This document shows positions 56,410-64,000 of a stretch of DNA of 64,000 bases, piece after piece. A program made the translations under genes and the position numbers. The notes beneath the pieces are model-generated. The model searched no databases, had not been told where the DNA came from, and was given only the letters and a program-made list of their open reading frames with translations. The stretch comes from Eledone cirrhosa (Eukaryota), in NCBI GenBank assembly GCA_964016885.1, contig OZ024743.1, positions 322,896,001-322,960,000 on the forward strand. The letters run 5' to 3'. Position 1 is the stretch's first letter. Every line of letters begins with the position of its first letter.

Positions 56410-59400
56410 TTAGTCAAGCTTGCTTCTCAGTCCACAAAAGAACTCAACTTATCATTACTGCCTACCTCACCTTTTTTAGTCAAGCTTGCTTCTTAGACCA
56501 CAAATGACCTCAATCTCATCATCACTGCCTTCATCACCTTTAGTCAAGCTTGCTTCTCTGTCCACAAAAAAACTCAACTTATCATTACAGCCTACCTCAC
56601 CTCCTTTAGTCAAGCTTGCTTCTCAGACCACAAATGACCTCAACTTATCATTACTGCCTACCTAACCTTCTTTAGTCAAGCTTGCTTCTCAGACCACAAA
56701 TGACCTCAACTTATCATTATTGCCTATCTCACCTTTAGTCAAGCTTGCTTCTCCGACCACAAATGACCTCAATCTTATCATTACTGCCTACCTCACCTCC
56801 TTTGGTCAAGCTTGCTTCTCAGACCACAAATGACCTCAACTTATCATTACTGCCTACCTCATCTCCTTTAGTCAAGCTTGCTTCTCAGACAAAGAATGAC
56901 CTCAACTTATCATTATTACCTACCTCACCTCCTTTGGTGAAGCCTGCTTCTCAGACCACAAATGACCTCAACTTATCATCACTGCCCACATCACCTCCTT
57001 TAATCAAGCTTACTTCTCAGACCACAAATGACGTCAACTTATCATTACTGCCTACCTCACCTTCTTTAGTCAAGCTTGCTTCTCAGACCACAAATGACCT
57101 CAACTTATCATTACTGCCAACCACACCTCCTTTTTGTCAAGCTTGCTTCTCAGACCACAAATGACCTCAACTTATCATTATTGCCTATCTCACCTTTAGT
57201 CAAGCTTGCTTCTGAGACCACAAATGACCTCAATCTCATCATTACTGCCTACCTCACCTCCCTTGGTCAAGCTTGCTTCTCAGACCACAAATGACCTTAA
57301 CTTATCATTACTGCCTACTTCACCTCCTTTAATCAAGCTAGCTTCTCAGACCACAAATGACCTCAATCTCATTATTACTGACTATCTCACCTCCTTTAGT
57401 CAAGCTTGCTTCTCGGACCACAAATGACCTTAATCTCATCATTACTACCTACCTCACCTCCTTTGGTCAAGCTTCCTTCTTAGACCACAAAAAACCACAA
57501 ACTTATCATTACTGCCTACCTCACCTCCTTTAGTCAAGCTTGCTTCTCAGTCTACAAATGACCTCGAATTATCATTACTGCCAACCACACCTCCTTTAGT
57601 CAAGCTTGCTTCTCATACCACAAATGACCTCAATCTCATCATTACTGCCTACATCAACTTTAGTCAAGCTTGCTTCTGAGACCACAAATGACCTCAACTT
57701 ATCATTATTGCCTATCTCACCTTTAGTCAAGCTTGCTTCTCAGACCACAAATGACCTCAACTTATCATTATTGCCTATCTCACCTTTAGTCAAGCTTGCT
57801 TCTCAGACCACAAATGACCTCGACCTCATCATTACTGCCTACATCTCCATTAGTCAAGCTTGCTTCTCAGACCACAAATGACCTCAATTCATCATTACTG
57901 CCTACTTCACCTCCTTTAGTCAAGCTTGCTTCTCAGACCACAAATGACCTCAATCTCATTATTACTGCCTACCTCACCTCCTTTGGTCAAGCTTGCTTCT
58001 CAAACCACAAATGATCTCAATCTTATCATTACTGCCTACCTCACCTCATTTAGTCAAGCTTACTTCTCAGACCACAAATGACCTCAACTTATCGTACTGC
58101 CTACCTCACCTCCTTTAGTCAAGCTTGCTTCTCAGACCACAATTGACATCAACTTATGATTACTGCCAACCACACCTTCTTTAGTCAAGCTTGCTTCTCA
58201 TACCACAAATGACCTCAATCTCATCATTACTACCTACATCAACTTTAGTCAAGCTTGCTTCTGAGACCACAAATGACCTCAACTTATCATTACTGCCTAC
58301 CTCACCTCCTTTAGTCAAGCTTGCTTCTCAGACCACAAATGACCTCAATCTCATCATTACTGCCAACTACGCCTCCTTTTGTCAAGCTTGCTTCTCAGAC
58401 CACAAATGACCTCAACTTATCATTAATGCCTATCTCACATTTAGTCAAGCTTGCTTCTCAGACCACAAATTACCTCAATCTCATCATTACTGCCTACCTC
58501 ACCTCCTTTGGTCAAGCTTGCTTCTCAGACCACAAATGACCTGAACTTATCATTACTGTCTACTTCACCTGCTTTAATCAAGCTTGCTTCTCAGACCACA
58601 AATGACCTCAATTTATCATTACTGCCTACTTCACCTCCTTTAGTCAAGCTAGCTTCTCAGACCACAAATGACCTCAATCTCATCATTACTGCCTCCCTCA
58701 CCTCCTTTAGTCAAGCTTGCTTCTCAGACCACAAATGACATCAATCTCATCATTACTGTCAACTACGCCTCCTTTAGTCAAGCTTGCTTCTCAGATCACA
58801 AATGACCTCAAACTCATCATTATTGCCAACCACACCTCCTTTTTGTCAAGCTTGCTTCTCAGACCACAACTTATCATTATTGCCTATCTCACATTTAGTC
58901 AAGCTTGCTTCTCAGACCACAAATGACCTCAATCTTATCATTACTGCCTACCTCACCTCCTGTAGTCAAGCTTGCTTCTCAGACCACAAATGACCTCAAC
59001 TTATCATTACTGCCTCCCTCACCTCCTTTAGTCAAGCTTGCTTCTCAGACAAAGAATGACCTCAATCTCATCATTACTGCCTACCTATCTTCCTTTGGTC
59101 AAGCTTGCTTCTCAGACCACAAATGACCTCACTCTCATCATTACTGCCTACCTCACCTCATTTGGTCAAGCTTGCTTCTCAGACCACAAATGACATCAAT
59201 CTCATCATTACTGCCAAATACGCCTCCTTTAGTCAAGCTTGCTTCTCAGATCACAAATGACCTCAATCTCATCATTATTGCCTACCTCACCTCCTTTGGT
59301 CAAGCCTGCTTCTCAGACCACAAATGACCTCAACTTATTACTGCGCACCTCACCTCCTTCAGTCAAGCTTGCTTCTCAGATTACAAATGACCTCAACTTA

Positions 59401-62400
59401 TCATTACTGCCAACCACACCTCCTTTTTGTCAAGCTTGCTGCTCATACCACAAAAGACCTCAACTTATCATTATTGCCTATCTCACTTCCTTTAGTCAAG
59501 CTTGCTTCTCAGACCACAAATGACCTCAATCTCATCATTACTGCCTACCTCACCTCCTTTGGTCAAGCTTGCTTCTCAGACCACAAATGACCTGAACTTA
59601 TCATTACTGCCTACTTCACCTCCTTTAATCAAGCTAGCTTCTCAGACCACAAATGACCTCAATCTCATCATTACTACCTACCTCACCTCCTTTGGTCAAG
59701 ATTCCTTCTCAGACCACAAAAAATCTCAAGCGTATCATTACTGCCTACCTCACCTCCTTTAGTCAAGCTTGCTTCTCAGACCACAAATGACCTCAATCTC
59801 ATCATTACTGCCTACCTCACCTCCTTTGGTCAAGCTTGCTTCTCAGACCACAAATGACCTCAATCTCATCATTACTGCCTACCTCACCTCCTTTAGTCAA
59901 GCTTGCTTCTCAGACCACAAATGACCTCAATCTCATCATTACTACCTACCTCACCTCCTTTGGTCAAGCTTCCTTCTCAGACCACAAAAAATCTCAAGCT
60001 TATCATTACTGCCTACCTCACCTTTAGTCAAGCTTGCTTCTCAGACCACAAATGACCTCAATTTATCATTACTGCCTACTTCACCTCCTTTAGTCAAGCT
60101 TGCTTCTCAGACCACAAATGACCTTAATCTCATTATTACTACCTAACTCACCTCCTTTGGTCAAGTTTGCTTCTCAGACCACAAGTGTCCTCAATCTTAT
60201 CATTACTGCCAACTACGCCTCCTTTAGTCAAGCTTGCTTCTCAGACCAAAAATGACCTCAACTTATCATTTCTGCCTACCTCACCTCCTTTAATCAAGAT
60301 TGCTTCTCAGACCACAAATGACCTGAATCTCATCATTCCTGCCTTCATCACATTTAATCAAGCGTCCTTCCGACTCCACAAATGACCTCAACTTATCATT
60401 ACAGCCTACCTCCCCTCCTTTAGTCAAGCTTGCTTCTCAGATCACAAATGACCTCAATCTCATCATTACTGCCTACCTCACCTCCTTTGGTCAAGCCTGC
60501 TTCTCAGACCACAAATGACCTCAACTTATCATTACTGCCTACCTCACCTCCTTTAGTCAAGCTTGCTTCTCAGACCACAAATGACCTCAACTTATCATTA
60601 CTGCCAACCACACCTCCTTTTTGTCAAGCTTGCTTCTCAGACCACAAATGACCTCAATCTCATCATTACTGCCTAACTCACCTCATTTGGTCAATCTTGC
60701 TTCTCAGACCACAAATGACCTGAACTTATCATTACTGTCTACTTCACCTCCTTTAATCAAGCTTGCGTCTTAGTCCACAAATGACCTCAATCTCATCATT
60801 ACTGTCTATCTCACCTCCTTTAGTCAAGCTTGCTTCTCAGACTACAAATGACCTCAAATTATCATTACTGCAAACCACACCTCCTTTAGTCAAGCTTGCT
60901 TCTCAGACCACAAATGACCTCAATCTCATCATTACTGCCTACATCACCTTTAGTCAAGCTTGCTTCTCAAACCACAAATGATCTCAATCTTATCATTACT
61001 GCCTACCTCCTCTCCTTTGGTCAAGTTTGCTTCTCAGACCACAACTGACCTCAATCTTATCATTAGTGCCAACTACGTCTCCTTTAGTCAAGCTTACTTC
61101 TCTGTCCACAAATGACCTCAACTTATCGTACTGCCTACCTCACCTCCTGTAGTCAAGCTTGCTTCTCATACCACAAATGACCTCAATCTCATCATTACTG
61201 CCTACATCAACTTTAGTCAAGCTTGCTTCTGAGACCACAAATGACCTCAACTTATCATTATTGCCTATCTCACCTTTAGTCAAGCTTGCTTCTCCGACCA
61301 CAAATGACCTCAATCTTATCATTACTGCCTACCTCACCTCCTTTGGTCAAGCTGGCTTCTCAGACCACAAATGACCTTAATCTCATCATTACTGCCTTCA
61401 TCACCTGTAGTCAAGCTTGCTTCTCAGACCACAAAAGACCTCAACTTATCATTACTGCCTACCTCACCTCCTTTAGTCAAGCTTGCTTCTCAGACCCCAA
61501 ATGACCTCATTCTCATCATTACTGCCAACTACGCCTCCTTTAGTCAAGCTTGCTTCTCAGATCACAAATGACTTCAATCTCATCATTACTGCCTACCTCA
61601 CCTCCTTTGGTCAAGCCTGCTTGTCAGACCACAAATGACCTCATCTTATCATTACTGCCCACCTCACCTCCTTCAGTCAAGCTTATTTCTCAGACCACAA
61701 ATGACCTCAATCTCATCATTACTGCCTATCTCACCTCCTTTAGTCAAGATTGCTTCTCAGACCACAAATGACCTCAACTTATCATTACTGCCTACCTCAC
61801 CTCCTTTAGTCAAGATTGCTTCTCAGACCACAAATGACCTCAACTTATCATTACTGCCAACCACACCTCCTTTAGTCAAGCTTGCTTCTCAGAAAACAAA
61901 TGACCTCAATCTCATCATTACTGCCTACATCATCTTTAGTCAAGCTTGCTTCTGAGACCACAAATGACCCCAATCTCATCATTACTGCCTACCTCACCTC
62001 CTTTACTCAAGCTTGCTTCTCACACCACAAATGACCTCAATCTCATCATTACAGCCTACCTCACCTCCTTTAGTCAAGCTTGCTTCGCAGACCACAAATG
62101 ACCTCAACTTATCATTACTGCCAACCTCACCTCTTTAGTCAACTTGCTTCTCAGACCACAAATGACATCAATCTCATCATTACTGCCTACCTCACCACCT
62201 TTGTTCAAGCTTGCTTCTCAGACCACAAATGACGTCAATCTCATCATTACTGCCTACCTCACCTCCTTTAGTCAAGCTTGCTTCTCAGATCACAAATGAC
62301 CTCAATCTCACCATTACTGCCTACCTCACCTCTTTGCTCAAGCTTGCTTCTCAGACCACAAATGACCTCAACTTATCATTACTGCCCACCTCACCTCCTT

Positions 62401-63821
62401 TAGTCAAGCTTAATGCTCAGACCACAAATGACCTCAACTTATCTTTACTGCCAACCACACCTCCTTTAGTCAAGCTTGCTTCTCAGACCACAATCTCATC
62501 ATTACTGCCTACCTCACCTCCTTTAATCAAGCTTGCTTCTCAGACCACAAATGACCTCAACTTATCATTACTGCCCACCTCACCTTTTTTAGTTAAGCTT
62601 ACTTCTCAGACAACAAATGACCTCAACTGATCATTACTGCCTACCTCACCTCTTTTAGACAAGCTTGCTTCTCAGACCACAAACGACCTCAACTCATCAT
62701 TACTGCTTATTTCACCTCCTTTGGTCAAGCTTGCTTCTCAGACCACAAATGACCTCAATCTCATCATACTGCCTACCTCACCTCATTTGGTCAAGTTTGC
62801 TTCTCAGACCACAAATGACCTCAACTTATCATTTCTGCCTACCTCACCTCCTTTAGTCAAGCTTGCTTCTCAGACCACAAATGACCTCAATCTCATCATT
62901 ACTGCCTACCTCACTTCCTTTAGTCAAGCTTGCTTCTCAGACCACAAATGACCTCAATCTCATCATTACTGCCTACCTCACCTCCTTTAGTCAAGCTTGC
63001 TTCTCAGACCACAACTTATCATTACTGCCTACCTCACCCCCTTTGGTCAAGCTTCTTTCTCAGACCACAAATGACCTCAATCTTATCATTACTGCCTACC
63101 TCACCTCCTTTAGTCAAGCTTGCTTCTCAGACCACAAATGACCTCAATCTCATTATTACTGCCTACCTCACCTCCTTTAGTCAAGCTTGCTTCTCAGACC
63201 ATAAATCACCTCAATCTTATCATTACTACCTACCTCACCTCCTTTGGTCAATCTTGCTTCTCAGACCACAAATTACTCCAATCTCATCATTACTGCCTAC
63301 CTCACCTCCTTTAGTCAAGCCTGCTTCTCAGACCACAAATTACCTCAACTTATCATTACTGCCAACCACACCTCCTTTAGTCAAGCTTGCTTCTCAGACC
63401 ACAAATGACCTCAATCTTATCATTACTGCCAATCACGCCTCCTTTATTCAAGCTTGCTTCTCAGACCACAAATGACCTCAATCTCATCATTACTCCCTAC
63501 ATCCCCTTTAGTCAAGCTTGCTTCTCAGACCACAAATGACCTCAACTTATCATTACTGCCTACCTCACTTTTAGTCAAGCTTGCTTCTCAGACCACAAAT
63601 GACCTCAACTTATCATTACTGCCTACCTCACCTCCTTTGGTCAAGCTTGCTTCTCAGACCACAAATGACCTCAACTTATCATTACTGCCTACCTCACCTC
63701 CTTTAGTCAAGCTTGCTTCTCAGACCACAAATGACCTCAACTTATCATTACTGCCTACCTCACCTTTAGTCAAGATTGCTTCTCAGACCACAAATTACCC
63801 CATTCCCATCAACATTACTGC
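56410..63821 (+). repeat. Apparently monomeric, more diverged edge of the satellite
   Basis: No identical ORF sets recur at a fixed offset here. There are many private variants, three monomers with a 10-bp deletion, and a degenerate last unit (AAATTACCCCATTCCCATCAACATTACTGC, 63792-63821). Confidence 0.75.
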
Positions 63822-64000
63822 TATGACTGTCAACAATATAATTGACTACCGTTTTATAGAAGACCAAGTTCTGTTTGCTTGCTTCCACTTCCACCAGAAC
63901 TTACAGACATTCACAAACTCATACTGGTTCCAAGACAAAAAGCACCCAGTCCACCCTGGTGAAACAAATAAAAACTCCCAGTACATGCTGTAATGTGGTT
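63822..64000. other. Non-satellite flank right of the array
   Basis: The monomer motif and periodicity disappear after ~63821. Confidence 0.9.
63905..63955 (-). other. Candidate 51 bp internal exon of an unidentified minus-strand gene (phase 1-1, peptide xWTGCFLSWNQYEFVNVx)
   Basis: The minus strand reads TTTTTATTTGTTTCACCAG|GGTGGACTGG...GTGAATGTCT|GTAAGT: pyrimidine tract with CAG acceptor, then a GTAAGT donor. The length is divisible by 3 and one frame is stop-free. I do not recognise the peptide. Confidence 0.4.

Larger units (their letters stand above)
1..63821 (+). repeat. Satellite DNA tandem array, ~66-67 bp HindIII-type monomer, ~960 copies, uninterrupted and in one orientation
   Basis: TCAAGCTTGCTTCTCAGACCACAAATGACCTCAA recurs every 63-67 nt. 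Length classes are 67 bp (AATCTCATC/AATCTTATC), 66 bp (AACTTATC) and 63/64 bp (3-nt loss, CACCTTTAG). Consensus composition is A17 C24 G6 T20 with no CpG. Copy number is estimated from length divided by ~66.5. Confidence 0.99.

Noticed and set aside
14765-61322. Minus-strand ORFs (LRSFVV...KGGEVGSND)
   Set aside because: They appear only where variants remove the consensus TGA, and they are antisense translations of the satellite.
336-63475. Hundreds of short + strand ORFs (MLLRPQMTS..., LASQTTNDLNL...) as protein-coding genes, or one frameshifted mucin- or LRR-like gene
   Set aside because: They are the three frames of the same monomer. The 67 bp units shift frame and hit the TGA in AAATGA, most starts are non-ATG, and 1-nt indels are pervasive.
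1-63821. CRISPR array (a ~30 bp conserved part plus a ~36 bp more variable part, with a ~66 bp period)
   Set aside because: The would-be spacers are all point variants of one sequence rather than unique spacers. The would-be repeat mutates too, and no cas genes or leader are present.
1-63821. Functional centromere assignment
   Set aside because: I recognised no CENP-B box or known centromeric family. Higher-order repeats alone do not show centromere function, which needs CENP-A data.
1-63821. Embedded transposon, inversion or unique island inside the array
   Set aside because: Reading through the window and the ORF track showed no break in monomer register or orientation. Very small insertions could have been missed by eye.
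63862-63890. GACCAAGTT...TTTGCTTGCTTCC in the flank as a decayed monomer
   Set aside because: The match is short and low-complexity, with no continuation of the monomer.

Overview
Almost the whole window (1 to ~63,821) is one head-to-tail satellite DNA array on a single strand, about 960 monomers by length estimate. The monomer is ~66-67 bp, with consensus AAGCTTGCTTCTCAGACCACAAATGACCTCAATCTCATCATTACTGCCTACCTCACCTCCTTTAGTC, and carries a HindIII site. The left end lies outside the window. The array is built from nested higher-order repeats of several relative ages: 1,929 bp, ~2.0 kb, 2,861 bp inside a 12,909 bp tandem duplication, and 2,110 bp x3 spanning the junction of a 6,273 bp duplication. 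It ends in an apparently monomeric, more diverged edge. All listed ORFs are translations of the repeat. The last ~180 bp are unique sequence containing a plausible 51 bp minus-strand exon with good splice signals, so the array may sit inside a giant intron. Each consensus monomer also carries a let-7 8-mer site on the + strand and 5' splice-site-like and G-tract motifs on the - strand; any function for these is speculative. The sequence looks eukaryotic, but I cannot identify the organism. I found no CRISPR array, RNA gene or transposon.
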